Shown piece by piece: positions 18,668 to 27,933 of a DNA stretch of 64,000 bases (position 1 is its first letter; every line of letters starts with the position of its first letter). Source of the DNA: Deltaproteobacteria bacterium (GTDB lineage: Bacteria > Desulfobacterota > Binatia > Binatales > Binataceae). The stretch lies in the NCBI GenBank assembly GCA_027317185.1, contig DAHVFB010000007.1, positions 1,064 through 65,063 on the forward strand, given 5' to 3'. Below the pieces are notes generated by a model, which was not told the DNA's origin, made no database searches, and worked only from the letters and a program-made list of their open reading frames with translations. The translations under genes and the position numbers were made by a program.

Positions 18668-21165
18668 CCTCGATGCCGGAAGCAGCGCCGCAGCTCTCCA
18701 ATATCGCGGGTGACGCACTCCGCCACTATGACCATCTCAAACTCGAGATTGCGGCGATCGGGCAAGCGGCGATGCTTCAGTGCGCGAAGGATAAGGACGA
18801 GGAAGGCGAACGCGCTTTCCAGCGGTTGCTGGCGCGATTGGCGGAGGACCGCTTCAACCTTGCTGTGGTGGGTCCTTTCAGCCGGGGTAAGAGCAGCCTG
18901 ATGAACGCAATTCTCGGCTTCGATGGTTTGCCGACCGGCCTTCTTCCGCACACTTCCGTTATCACGACGGTCAGTTATGGACCACACGAACGAGTTCTGG
19001 TTCGCTGCGAGGGGTGGTCGCTTCCCCAGGAGATTCGACTGGATGGGCTCGCGGAGTACGTTACTGAACGCGGAAATCCGGGAAATCGGCGGCGGGTGAT
19101 GCAGGCGGAGATCGAACTGCCCGCTGAGATTCTCCGCCACGGCCTCCATTTCATCGATACGCCCGGTGTTGGTTCCGCGATCGTTGCAAACACCGAGACA
19201 ACGGACCGATTCCTCCCGGAGCTTGATGCGGCGATATTCGTCTCCAGTTTCGATTTTCCGCTCAGCGAGATCGATATCGAGTTTTTCCGAAAGGTTCGCG
19301 GGGCCGTCGGCGTCGTGTTCTTGGTGCTGAACAAACTTGATCTGGTCTCGGAGTCAGAGGCAGAAGAAGTAGTGAGATTCGTCCGCGAACGGCTCGACCG
19401 TGAACTGGGTATTGGGCGCTACGCGCTTTTCGCGGTTTCAGCCAAGCGCGGGTTAGAGGCGAGACTGCATGGAGACTCGAACGCTCTGTCCCAGTCGGGG
19501 TTGACCGAATTGGAAGCGGCGCTGGCGGCGTTCATGGCCGGCGATAAGACGCGCCAGTTGGCCGTGCGCGTGATGGACCGCCTCGTAACCCTGCTGCAAC
19601 GCGAGGTCACGCATGGCGGGTTCTCACTTGATCCAAAGCGGTCGCCTGGGCAGGTCTCCCAAGCCCTCGCCGGGTTCGATGAAAAGACGGCCGTCCTCAA
19701 AGCGCGGCGCGCGGAGCTCGTGAACCGCCTTGAAACGCTTGGCAATGATGCGTTGCGTGCCGTTGAGCGTCGTCTCGACTCCGCGTTCACGAACCTCAAG
19801 CAAAGCGCAGCTCATAAATTCACGCCGGACTTTCTCGCCGGTCGAATATTCTCCAGGCCGAATGCCTTCGATGCGTTCGCGCGCAATGTGCCGGCGTTTT
19901 GTGAGCGCGCTCTCACGCGCGAGTTACGAGTTTACGAGGCAGCCCTGAATGAGCATTTGGACCGGAGCGCCGGTCCGGTACGCTCGGAAATCCTTGCGCT
20001 ACCCGACGAACTCTTCGATATCGCGACGAATGGTAACGGAGGCGCTCGCGAGTTATCAGAGCTCTCCGCACAAGAGCGCGAAGCCGCACCACCATCGGTG
20101 GAAATCGCAGGGATCGCACGCGTCGAGTGGAGACCGCGGCTGCCGTGGTGGATATACCTGGCGCCACTGCGCTGGTCTTCGGCGGCGATGAAAAGAACAT
20201 TTGCCGTTGCGCTCGGCGAGTTGCTCGCGCAGTACCGATCCCGCATCGATGCGTCGATCCGCATCGACATGAACGAATATGCGGAGAAACTGGGCCGCGA
20301 GATTGAAAAAACAATCGACGGTCGAGCGGCTCGCGTCAGGAAATTACTCGCGTCGGGAGGTTTCGCACAGAATCGCAAGGTGTTCGAAGCGCTGCTGGAT
20401 CGGGCCAGAGATCTGCGTGGACAATTTGAAGATAAGGGAGACTGCCGATCGCGGTCTGAGGAGGGCGACCTCGGTGGCTCCGACGCAGTCGCTGCAAGTT
20501 CCGTGGCTTCCGTCGGCAGTGCGCATGGGTGTCCCGTCTGTCGTGCAGTCATCCGGACAGTTTTCGATTACCTGAGCAAGCTGCAATATGAATTGAGCAT
20601 CGACGCCGACGCTCAACACGAACACGCCGAAAGCGGCGGCTTCTGTTCAGTACACACGTGGATTTACTCCAGTATGACCTCGCCGGTAGCAATCTCGCGG
20701 GCCTATCCGCCACTGCTTGACTCGCTTGCCACGCGGCTGAAACGTGCCGCGCGTGATGCGGTCTCGGTCGAAGAACTGAACCGGAAAATCCGCGATCTAT
20801 CGCCTTCGCCGGAGAGCTGTAGAGTCTGCGCGGTCGCGCATCACGCGACCGATCAAGCGGTCACGGATATCGTCCGGATTCTCGACCCAGACGGACGCAG
20901 CGAGGCGCCGACCTTATGCTTGCCTCACTTGGCGATTGCACTTCAGCTCGGATCAGATTTGAAGAGCGCCCATCTGCTATCCACACAATGTGCGCGCGCT
21001 CTGCTCCGGGATGCCGATGACATGCGCCATCACGCTCTGAAGCACGACGCGATCCGGCGAGGCCTGATGACGACGGACGAGCGTGATGCGCATCAGGCCG
21101 GCCTCAGAAGATTGGCCGGCAACATGCTGCTGACATTGCCACCCCGTGGTGATGATCGGCTTTGA
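18664..21165 (+). CDS. bacterial dynamin-like GTPase with C-terminal double Cys3His module
   Basis: G1 GPFSRGKSSLMNAILG, G3 FIDTPGVGS, G4 LNKLD. C-terminal CPVC..CSVH and CRVC..CLPH. Confidence 0.8.
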   Translation: MTSMPEAAPQLSNIAGDALRHYDHLKLEIAAIGQAAMLQCAKDKDEEGERAFQRLLARLAEDRFNLAVVGPFSRGKSSLMNAILGFDGLPTGLLPHTSVITTVSYGPHERVLVRCEGWSLPQEIRLDGLAEYVTERGNPGNRRRVMQAEIELPAEILRHGLHFIDTPGVGSAIVANTETTDRFLPELDAAIFVSSFDFPLSEIDIEFFRKVRGAVGVVFLVLNKLDLVSESEAEEVVRFVRERLDRELGIGRYALFAVSAKRGLEARLHGDSNALSQSGLTELEAALAAFMAGDKTRQLAVRVMDRLVTLLQREVTHGGFSLDPKRSPGQVSQALAGFDEKTAVLKARRAELVNRLETLGNDALRAVERRLDSAFTNLKQSAAHKFTPDFLAGRIFSRPNAFDAFARNVPAFCERALTRELRVYEAALNEHLDRSAGPVRSEILALPDELFDIATNGNGGARELSELSAQEREAAPPSVEIAGIARVEWRPRLPWWIYLAPLRWSSAAMKRTFAVALGELLAQYRSRIDASIRIDMNEYAEKLGREIEKTIDGRAARVRKLLASGGFAQNRKVFEALLDRARDLRGQFEDKGDCRSRSEEGDLGGSDAVAASSVASVGSAHGCPVCRAVIRTVFDYLSKLQYELSIDADAQHEHAESGGFCSVHTWIYSSMTSPVAISRAYPPLLDSLATRLKRAARDAVSVEELNRKIRDLSPSPESCRVCAVAHHATDQAVTDIVRILDPDGRSEAPTLCLPHLAIALQLGSDLKSAHLLSTQCARALLRDADDMRHHALKHDAIRRGLMTTDERDAHQAGLRRLAGNMLLTLPPRGDDRL

Positions 21166-21215
21166 CCCGCTGCCGGTGAGGACAACCCACAAGGGATGAG
21201 CGAGGAAATTGAAGA

Positions 21216-22424
21216 ATGGATGGAAGACCGGCGCCGGCTGTTCGGAAAATCGAAACCGCCGACTCGCGTGCGACGTGGTTTAACCGCAACGTCGCGGGTA
21301 TGTGCCTGGCGAGTCTGCTCTCCGATCTGGGACATGAGATGGCAACCTCGATCCTGCCGCTGTTCCTGACCGCGATTGGAGCATCGCCTTCGGCGCTGGG
21401 GATTATTGAGGGCGCGTCGGATGGAGCCGCGACGTTCGCCAAACTGATTGGCGGCAGGATCGCAGACCGCAAGGGCTTGCGCCAAAAGGTTGCAAGTCTC
21501 GGATACCTGGTCACCGGTCTCGCGACAGGATCATTCGCGGCGGCGATGACTTGGTTTGAACTACTGATCGCGCGGACTGTGGGATGGTTTGGCAGGGGGA
21601 CACGCGGGCCGTCGCGCGACAATCTTCTGGTTGATTCGGTACCCCACGCGAAGGTCGGCGCGGCGCTGGGGCTTCACCGAACCGCCGACACTCTGGGAGC
21701 GATCTTGGGGCCGCTGACCGCGATGTTCCTTCTCCATCGAATCGGATTCCGCAACATCTTCCTGCTGAGTCTCGTGCCTGGCGTGTTCGCCGCCGCGGCG
21801 TTCTACTTCCTTGTGCGCGAACCCGATGGCGCAAACTTGGCACAAGCGCCGGAGTTTCGAGGCTGGCACGCGGCGCTGCCCTCCTCCTTCCGGACGTTTC
21901 TCGCGACGATTCTACTGTTTGGAATCGGAGACTTCGCGCACAGCATGCTGGTGCTTCGGGCTGCACAACTGCTCGGATCGACACCCAAGGCAATGAGCAT
22001 CGCGATCGGTTTATACGTCATTCACAACACGGCGCATGCGGCTTTGTCTTATCCGATAGGAGTTACAGGCGACCGCATCGAGCGTCGGCGCCTGCTCGCG
22101 GTTGCTTATGTGATCGCGGCGGTCGCCGCGGCTGGCTTCGCCATCGGACCACACAGCGTAGGTGCGCTGGTGGTGCTCTTCATTCTCGAAGGCGCCGTAA
22201 TGGCTGCTCAGGAAACGCTCGATTCGGCCGTGGCGACAGATCTTCTGCCAGCCGACTCGCGCGGCGCGGGATTCGGCGTAATGAATGCCACAAGCGGCGT
22301 CGGCGACTTCGTGTCGAGCATTGTCGTCGGATTTCTTTGGACTGGCATATCCGGCCATGCCGCATTTGCGTATAGCGCAACCTTGAGCTTGCTGGCCGCG
22401 GCATTGATGACCTGGGGGATCTGA
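21216..22424 (+). CDS. MFS transporter
   Basis: 12-TM profile with D-R-x-G-R-R/K-like loop motifs (GGRIADRKG). Confidence 0.85.
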   Translation: MDGRPAPAVRKIETADSRATWFNRNVAGMCLASLLSDLGHEMATSILPLFLTAIGASPSALGIIEGASDGAATFAKLIGGRIADRKGLRQKVASLGYLVTGLATGSFAAAMTWFELLIARTVGWFGRGTRGPSRDNLLVDSVPHAKVGAALGLHRTADTLGAILGPLTAMFLLHRIGFRNIFLLSLVPGVFAAAAFYFLVREPDGANLAQAPEFRGWHAALPSSFRTFLATILLFGIGDFAHSMLVLRAAQLLGSTPKAMSIAIGLYVIHNTAHAALSYPIGVTGDRIERRRLLAVAYVIAAVAAAGFAIGPHSVGALVVLFILEGAVMAAQETLDSAVATDLLPADSRGAGFGVMNATSGVGDFVSSIVVGFLWTGISGHAAFAYSATLSLLAAALMTWGI

Positions 22425-22442
22425 GAGAGAGGCCTGGAACTG

Positions 22443-22937
22443 GTGATAAGGAGAATGAATTCCTTTTGCTGGAACTGCTTCCAAATGATCGATAGCGACG
22501 ACACGCTGTGCCCCTATTGCGCGCGGCAGCAACACCCGGTACCGGGCGATCTTCGCGAGAAGCTGATTCGAGCGCTTAAGCATCCAATAGGAGAGACACG
22601 AAGACGGGCGTCATTCGTACTTGGAGAGAAGCGAATGAGCGAAGCCGCGACCAACCTTATCGACCTCGTCGAGCACGATCCCGACCTCTATGTGGCCGCT
22701 GAAGCAGTTACGGCGTTGGAAAAAATCGGGACTCCGGACGCGCTGTATGGAATTGAGCGTGCGGCTTCGCACGAATCATTCGTCGTCCGGGAACGTGCCG
22801 TCGAAGCGCTCGTGGCGGCCGGCGGTGAGTGGGCGGATGCAGCGAGCGAAATAGCAGAAAACGACCCCAGTCCGTCGGTCAGAGAAGCCGCGCAAAGCAA
22901 CCCTGCGAAAAAGGACCCCTTGGCTCGCCATCTGTGA
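22443..22937 (+). CDS. zinc-ribbon plus HEAT-repeat protein
   Basis: N-terminal CWNC..CPYC. HEAT-like repeats (E.RRRA.FVLG, AAEAVTALEKIG, VRERAVEAL). Confidence 0.6.
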   Translation: MIRRMNSFCWNCFQMIDSDDTLCPYCARQQHPVPGDLREKLIRALKHPIGETRRRASFVLGEKRMSEAATNLIDLVEHDPDLYVAAEAVTALEKIGTPDALYGIERAASHESFVVRERAVEALVAAGGEWADAASEIAENDPSPSVREAAQSNPAKKDPLARHL

Positions 22938-22968
22938 ACTATTCGCACACACTACGGCTGTCTATCGT

Positions 22969-23353
22969 GATGCGCGCAGTTGAGGACGCGGTAATCGAGA
23001 TAGAGCGCGCGCTCGATCCAGCGGCGCAAGCTCCCCGGCGCGTGATGACCGAGTATCAGAACGACCTCCCCGACTCGGCAAGATGTGCGATGCGGGCGAA
23101 GCTCGGGGAGATTCGTGCAGAAATCCAAGATGCGAAGGATTGCTATGATTTGTACGCCGACACTGTTTCTAATCGTCGGCGTCTCTCGACCAAGTTGTCG
23201 ATTCTCGCGATTGATTTGACCGACTGCAGACCAGCGTATATGCGCGGCTACGGGGAGGTGCCGGATGAAGAGCGTCAGCCGCTTGACGAGCGAATGTCAC
23301 GACTGGAGGCGATGGTTAATGCTCTAAACAGAATGCTTACATCGCACGAATGA
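22969..23353 (+). CDS. hypothetical helical protein
   Basis: ORF with balanced composition. No motif. Confidence 0.3.
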
Positions 23354-23718
23354 TCGGAATCGCTCACGCCCCCGGAATTGAGGCTCATCGCGTTGGCGCC
23401 CTGGACCCCGCTACGATCGACAGGATTATCGATGCATGAGACATGCACGACGTGACGGTCTTTGATTCGCCAACGCGCAACGAACGTGGACGAACCCTGC
23501 TCAAACCTTCGAGGAGCAGATTCGCGGCTCGAAAGCCGGCCCGCATATGGGCACAATGGCTGCGGCAGTCTGCCAAAGCCCTTGGGCAGAACTTGGGCAG
23601 ATTTGGCCGAAAAATGGGGCGAAAGTGAACAAAAGGCGGCAAAGCGCAGAAGCTGGAAGAGCGCGAAATCATTGGGTTTCTTTTGGTGGTTTTGGTTTTG
23701 CTTTGTCCGTGTCTTCAG

Positions 23719-23744
23719 TCCGGGTTCGATTCCCGGCCGGGGCA
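23719..23744 (+). other. tRNA 3'-end fragment (T-arm CCGGG-TTCGATT-CCCGG plus 3' acceptor strand CCGGGGC and discriminator A) without the 5' half
   Basis: Canonical T-loop GGTTCGATTCC with a 5-bp stem. No complementary 5' acceptor, D arm or anticodon arm upstream. Confidence 0.4.
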
Positions 23745-24013
23745 CTCATAGCGCAGAAAATTCTTGAATTACTCGGCCGGTTTCATCGGCCGACGTTCTT
23801 GGAGAAAAATTCTTGGCAACGCTGGGCTTGAGGCTTGCCGCTGAACAATTCCAGCTGTCTACCAATCCGGCGGGATTAATACACCATCGAAGAAAGCTAC
23901 GATATGTCAGCGCCGGAGATCTTCCGGACCAAATGTAGCTGCGTTATAAATCAATCATAGCTGGAAGAAACGGCCGGACCTATTAAGATTCTTTATGTAA
24001 TGGGAGGACTGGT

Positions 24014-24409
24014 TTGAAGCGGACATTGTTAGTCGTTCTGTTGGCGTGTCTGTGCGTCCTATCAGGATGTTTCCAATGGACTGAAGATTCGCAGGGCAAT
24101 CTGCAGTCAGCCGGTCTGCCGGGACTTCCGATTTGGCAATCAAAAGCACCTCCCGCGCCAATGAATCCGACCGATCTTGGCTTTACACCCGAAGAGGCCT
24201 CGAAGCTCGGTGGCGAGGTACTGGTGATGCCGACCGCAAACTCGAAAGGCTTACGCTACAGGTACTACCAGATTGGTCAGAATCATTGTGAAGATGATCT
24301 CAAGAAGATGCTGGCCGATCGCGCCCAGCAGAATATGACTGATCCGGCGCCCTACTGCACGGATAATCCTACGCGACCGACAATGACGGGAAATGCACTC
24401 GTGTTCTGA
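24014..24409 (+). CDS. lipoprotein (signal peptide plus LSGC lipobox), hypothetical
   Basis: MKRTLLVVLLACLCVLSGC. GC clearly lower than in the flanks. Confidence 0.6.
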   Translation: MKRTLLVVLLACLCVLSGCFQWTEDSQGNLQSAGLPGLPIWQSKAPPAPMNPTDLGFTPEEASKLGGEVLVMPTANSKGLRYRYYQIGQNHCEDDLKKMLADRAQQNMTDPAPYCTDNPTRPTMTGNALVF

Positions 24410-24490
24410 ATGCGGATTGCGTTAGGAGTCACGTCCAGAACTGACCTTCGCGATCTACCGCCTCAGACTGGCGCACCAGGTCACTAGGAA

Positions 24491-24868
24491 ATGTTCAAGC
24501 GCGCGCAACCGGCACGTCTCCTGGCGGTCAATCAGCCGCCGATGGGACCACGGCTCATGATTCTGGGGCGGAGTGACGTGGTGGTCGGCAACGGTAGCGC
24601 AAGCGCATTGCAAATCGCGGACTCGAGCCTGGCGCATAGTCACGCGGTCATCAGCCGCCGGCGCGGACGTTATGTAGTTTCCAACACTAAATCGGCCGGC
24701 GGCACGTTCGTCAACGACAAGCGGGTGCGCCGCAGCCGAACACTTAAGCATCGTGACTCGATTCGGTTCCGCCATTCGCAGCGGCGACTCTCTTGGTGCC
24801 GCCACGCATGGCGAGGACCCAGCCAAACCCGGATACACCAGCGGCGGTTCGTCGGTCGCCGAGAATAG
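24491..24868 (+). CDS. FHA-domain protein (probably frame-disrupted, see 24753..25136)
   Basis: FHA core GRS.D..V....VS..HA.I......Y.V.D..S.NGTFVN. The tail after about 24770 is Arg-rich and looks wrong-frame. Confidence 0.55.
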   Translation: MFKRAQPARLLAVNQPPMGPRLMILGRSDVVVGNGSASALQIADSSLAHSHAVISRRRGRYVVSNTKSAGGTFVNDKRVRRSRTLKHRDSIRFRHSQRRLSWCRHAWRGPSQTRIHQRRFVGRRE

Positions 24869-25136
24869 CCAGTTCGCCTGGGGATGCGGATCGCTGGACC
24901 TGGAGGCGCAAATAAATCAATGGATCGCCGGTCCCTTTCACGAGCATTGCGCGTTCGATTCGCATAGCTATCTCAACCCGGACCGCGATGCACAGGAATA
25001 TGGTCGCTGGACGCTGCGCAGCTCAGGTGCAGTGGTGCTTATACCACGCGAGCCGCTGATTCGAGGTGCGCAGTATTCGGTCTCGATTACCGTGCAAGGA
25101 CATACCTACGCATGGACATTCAGGATTGCCGGTTGA
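24753..25136 (+). CDS. ORF in the +1 frame that plausibly encodes the true C-terminal domain of the FHA protein
   Basis: Balanced composition. Overlaps the FHA ORF by about 115 nt in another frame. Confidence 0.35.
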   Translation: MTRFGSAIRSGDSLGAATHGEDPAKPGYTSGGSSVAENSQFAWGCGSLDLEAQINQWIAGPFHEHCAFDSHSYLNPDRDAQEYGRWTLRSSGAVVLIPREPLIRGAQYSVSITVQGHTYAWTFRIAG

Positions 25137-25161
25137 TCGGGCAGGCCCAACGCGCGAACTG

Positions 25162-25386
25162 CTAGCGTCTTTGGTAAAGTCCGCCGCCGATGAGGATAAC
25201 GCCTAAGATTAGTACGCCAGCGCCCAATGCTGGAGGAACCATGTGCGTCGATTTCTCGGTGCTCTGGACTTTAACGGCGCCGAGATTTACCACGTCCCTG
25301 GTATGCGAGGTTGAAAACTCCGGAATCACGAGTCCTAAAATCCCTAACAGCGCGAACAGCGCACCCAGCCATACGATTGATTTCAT
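25162..25386 (-). CDS. small 2-TM membrane protein
   Basis: MKSIVWLGALFALLGILGLV .. GAGVLILGVILIGGGLY. Last gene of the minus-strand cluster. Confidence 0.45.
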   Translation of the reverse strand: MKSIVWLGALFALLGILGLVIPEFSTSHTRDVVNLGAVKVQSTEKSTHMVPPALGAGVLILGVILIGGGLYQRR

Positions 25387-25579
25387 GAGTTTTACCTCTC
25401 GTTCCGGCCTCGGCCGCAAAAGTAATAGCAATTGATTCTACCATCAAGACCGCGAGCGCGATCCAACGACGAAGCGCGAAAAAAAATGGCAACCTCCCGC
25501 TCTTGGGCGGGCTCCGGCGGCGGATCATGCGGGCCGACACTTTGTCGGGTTTTATGCCGACCCGATCGTCTCGAGCGGC

Positions 25580-26272
25580 CTACGGTGAGGCGGTCTTGCG
25601 GATGTCCGAGGCCACGACCTCCGGAGCGATCGACATCCCGTGGTACTGACGCACCATCTGGCCGTTGCTGCCAATCAGGTAGAGCGCGAAGACGTGGGTC
25701 AGTTCGTCCTGCTCGTCTTCGTGCGGAACATTGTAGACGGCGAGCACCCGGTCGACCTGGTCGGGCGGGCCGGTCAGAAACAGCCAGCCGTTGGCGTCGA
25801 CACCCTCTTTCTTCGCATAGGCGAGCAGTTGCGGCGGCCGATCTTCGGCCGGGTCGGTGGTGATCGAGACCATCGTCACCCGCGCAGCGGCATCGCTGCC
25901 GAGATTGTCCGCGACCTGCCGCATCTTGGCGGTCAGCATCTCGCAGACGCCGCGGCACGAGGTGTGGATAAAGCTGACCAGGACGATCTTGCCCTTGAGT
26001 GACGCGAGCGATACCGGATGGCCGTTCTGATCGATCAGCTTCGCCGCCGGCAGCCAATCCCTGGGTTCGCTTGCCCCAGGCGCAGACGGCGTGACCGCCT
26101 CCGCACCGGCCCGCGCCGGCGGCCCGCCGATCGCGATTGCGATTAGCGCTCCCGCGCATACTCGGGCGATCAGTCCCCGCCAGTGACGGCGCCTCGCGAC
26201 GCTGCGTGGTGCTGCGCCCTGGAATGCGATCGGCTGGGTCAATGCTGCGCGTGGCATGACTAATCCTCTCAC
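25580..26272 (-). CDS. SCO1/SenC family copper chaperone (thioredoxin fold, CxxxC)
   Basis: SFIHTSCRGVCEMLT plus a downstream His. N-terminal membrane anchor. Confidence 0.85.
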   Translation of the reverse strand: MRGLVMPRAALTQPIAFQGAAPRSVARRRHWRGLIARVCAGALIAIAIGGPPARAGAEAVTPSAPGASEPRDWLPAAKLIDQNGHPVSLASLKGKIVLVSFIHTSCRGVCEMLTAKMRQVADNLGSDAAARVTMVSITTDPAEDRPPQLLAYAKKEGVDANGWLFLTGPPDQVDRVLAVYNVPHEDEQDELTHVFALYLIGSNGQMVRQYHGMSIAPEVVASDIRKTASP

Positions 26273-26348
26273 AATTCCGGGGTTCCGACTAACGACGCCC
26301 GTTTCCGCCGATTACCATCGGCGCGATGCTCTGTGCGGGCCACGCCTG

Positions 26349-27917
26349 TTAAAGATTTTTCTTTGCGCATTCGCCGGCAATATAGTCGGCCTGCCGAATC
26401 GCCAGCGTCACGATCGTCAGCGTCGGATTTTCCCCCGCGCTGGTGGTGAATTGGCTGCCATCGGAAATGAACAGGTTCTTCAGATCGTGGGTCTGTCCCC
26501 ACTTGTTGCAGACGCCATCGCGCGGACTTTCGCTCATCCGGCAGGTGCCGAGATTGTGCGTCGACGGATAGGGCGGCGTCTCGATCGTGCGGATCGCGCC
26601 GACCGCGTCGTAGACCGCAGCGCCGCGCTTATAGCCATACGCGCGCATCGCCAGGTCGTTGGGATGATCGTCGTAATGCACGTTCGGAATCGGCAAGCCG
26701 AACTGATCTTTTTCCGTCGGATTGAGCGTGACCGCGTTGCTCTCCTGCGGCATATCCTCGCCGACGATCCACATCCCGGCCATGTTGTTATGCTGATCGA
26801 GCATCCCGGCGTAATCGCGGCCCCACGCGCCGGGATTCAGGAACGCGGCGGTGAACGGCAGCCCCAGCGAGATCGTCTCCATCTCGAAACCGCCGGCGAA
26901 GCCCCGGCTCGTGTCGAGCCCCGATTCGTCCTGAATAATTCCCGCCATCACGGTGCCGCGATACATATGCACGGGCTTTTTGAAAATCGCGAAGACCGAT
27001 CCGGTGGTATGCCGCATGTAGTTCTTGCCAACCTGGCCCGACGAATTGGCCAGCCCCGACGAGTAGGTCGAGGTTGCCGAGTTGAGCAGCAGCCGCGGAC
27101 TTTCGATCGAGTTGCACGCGACGCATACGATTCGCGCCTTCTGCACGTTGTGCTGGCCGTTCGCGTCGGCGTAGAGCACGCCCGTCGCCTTGCCGTTTTT
27201 GTCGGCGAGAATCTGCAGCGCCTGCGATTGCGGCCGCAAGTCGAGCTTGCCGGTCGCTTCGGCCTTGGGAATCTCAGTGTAGAGCGTTGACCATTTCGCG
27301 CCCGACTTGCATCCCTGGAAGCAAAACCCCAACTGCCAGCACGACGATCGATCGTCGCGCGGCCGGCTGTTGATCGCCATCCGCCCGGTATGCACGGTCT
27401 TGTAACCGACCCGCGTCGCCCCGTTGTACATCACCTTGAAGTTATTATTGCCGGGCAGACCGGGAATATCGTTGGTCCGCGTCACCCCCATCTTGTCTTC
27501 GGCCTTGGCATAGTACGGCGCGAGATCCGCAAGCCCGATCGGCCAGTCGAGCAGGTTGGCGCCGGTGATATTCGAGTAGTTAGTCTTCGCCTTGAACTCA
27601 TGCTCTTGCAGGCGCAACGAGGCGCCCGCCCAATGCACCGTGGTGCCGCCGACCGTTTTGCAAATCCACGCCGGCAGGTTCGGAAAATCCTTTGCCACGC
27701 GCCAACTGCCCGAGGTCGTGCGCTTGTCGAGCCACGCCAACTGGTTGAACGCGAACCATTCGTCGTTGTGAAAAGTGGCCGAGGATTGGCGCTGGCCGGC
27801 TTCGAGCAATACTACTTTCAAGCCCTTTTGCGTAAGCTCGTTGGCGAGCGTACCGCCGCCGGCGCCAGAACCGATAATCACCACTACTGAGTCATCGCCT
27901 GAATCAAAGCGCGCCAC
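26349..27917 (-). CDS. GMC-family FAD-dependent oxidoreductase (large subunit of a membrane-associated dehydrogenase)
   Basis: N-terminal VVIIGSGAGGGTLANEL. C-terminal GMC signature (GENPTLTIVTLA). Confidence 0.9.
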   Translation of the reverse strand: MARFDSGDDSVVVIIGSGAGGGTLANELTQKGLKVVLLEAGQRQSSATFHNDEWFAFNQLAWLDKRTTSGSWRVAKDFPNLPAWICKTVGGTTVHWAGASLRLQEHEFKAKTNYSNITGANLLDWPIGLADLAPYYAKAEDKMGVTRTNDIPGLPGNNNFKVMYNGATRVGYKTVHTGRMAINSRPRDDRSSCWQLGFCFQGCKSGAKWSTLYTEIPKAEATGKLDLRPQSQALQILADKNGKATGVLYADANGQHNVQKARIVCVACNSIESPRLLLNSATSTYSSGLANSSGQVGKNYMRHTTGSVFAIFKKPVHMYRGTVMAGIIQDESGLDTSRGFAGGFEMETISLGLPFTAAFLNPGAWGRDYAGMLDQHNNMAGMWIVGEDMPQESNAVTLNPTEKDQFGLPIPNVHYDDHPNDLAMRAYGYKRGAAVYDAVGAIRTIETPPYPSTHNLGTCRMSESPRDGVCNKWGQTHDLKNLFISDGSQFTTSAGENPTLTIVTLAIRQADYIAGECAKKNL

Positions 27918-27933
27918 TACACAGACCTCCGCG

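Noticed and set aside
23690-23750. Complete tRNA gene
   Set aside because: Only the T-arm and 3' acceptor strand are present. Upstream sequence is T-rich with no 5' acceptor, D-arm or anticodon stem on either strand. It is kept as a fragment only.
25392-26159. 255-aa minus-strand ORF overlapping SCO1 in another frame
   Set aside because: Gly/Arg-rich with no motifs. The overlapping frame has a clear SCO1 CxxxC/thioredoxin signature.
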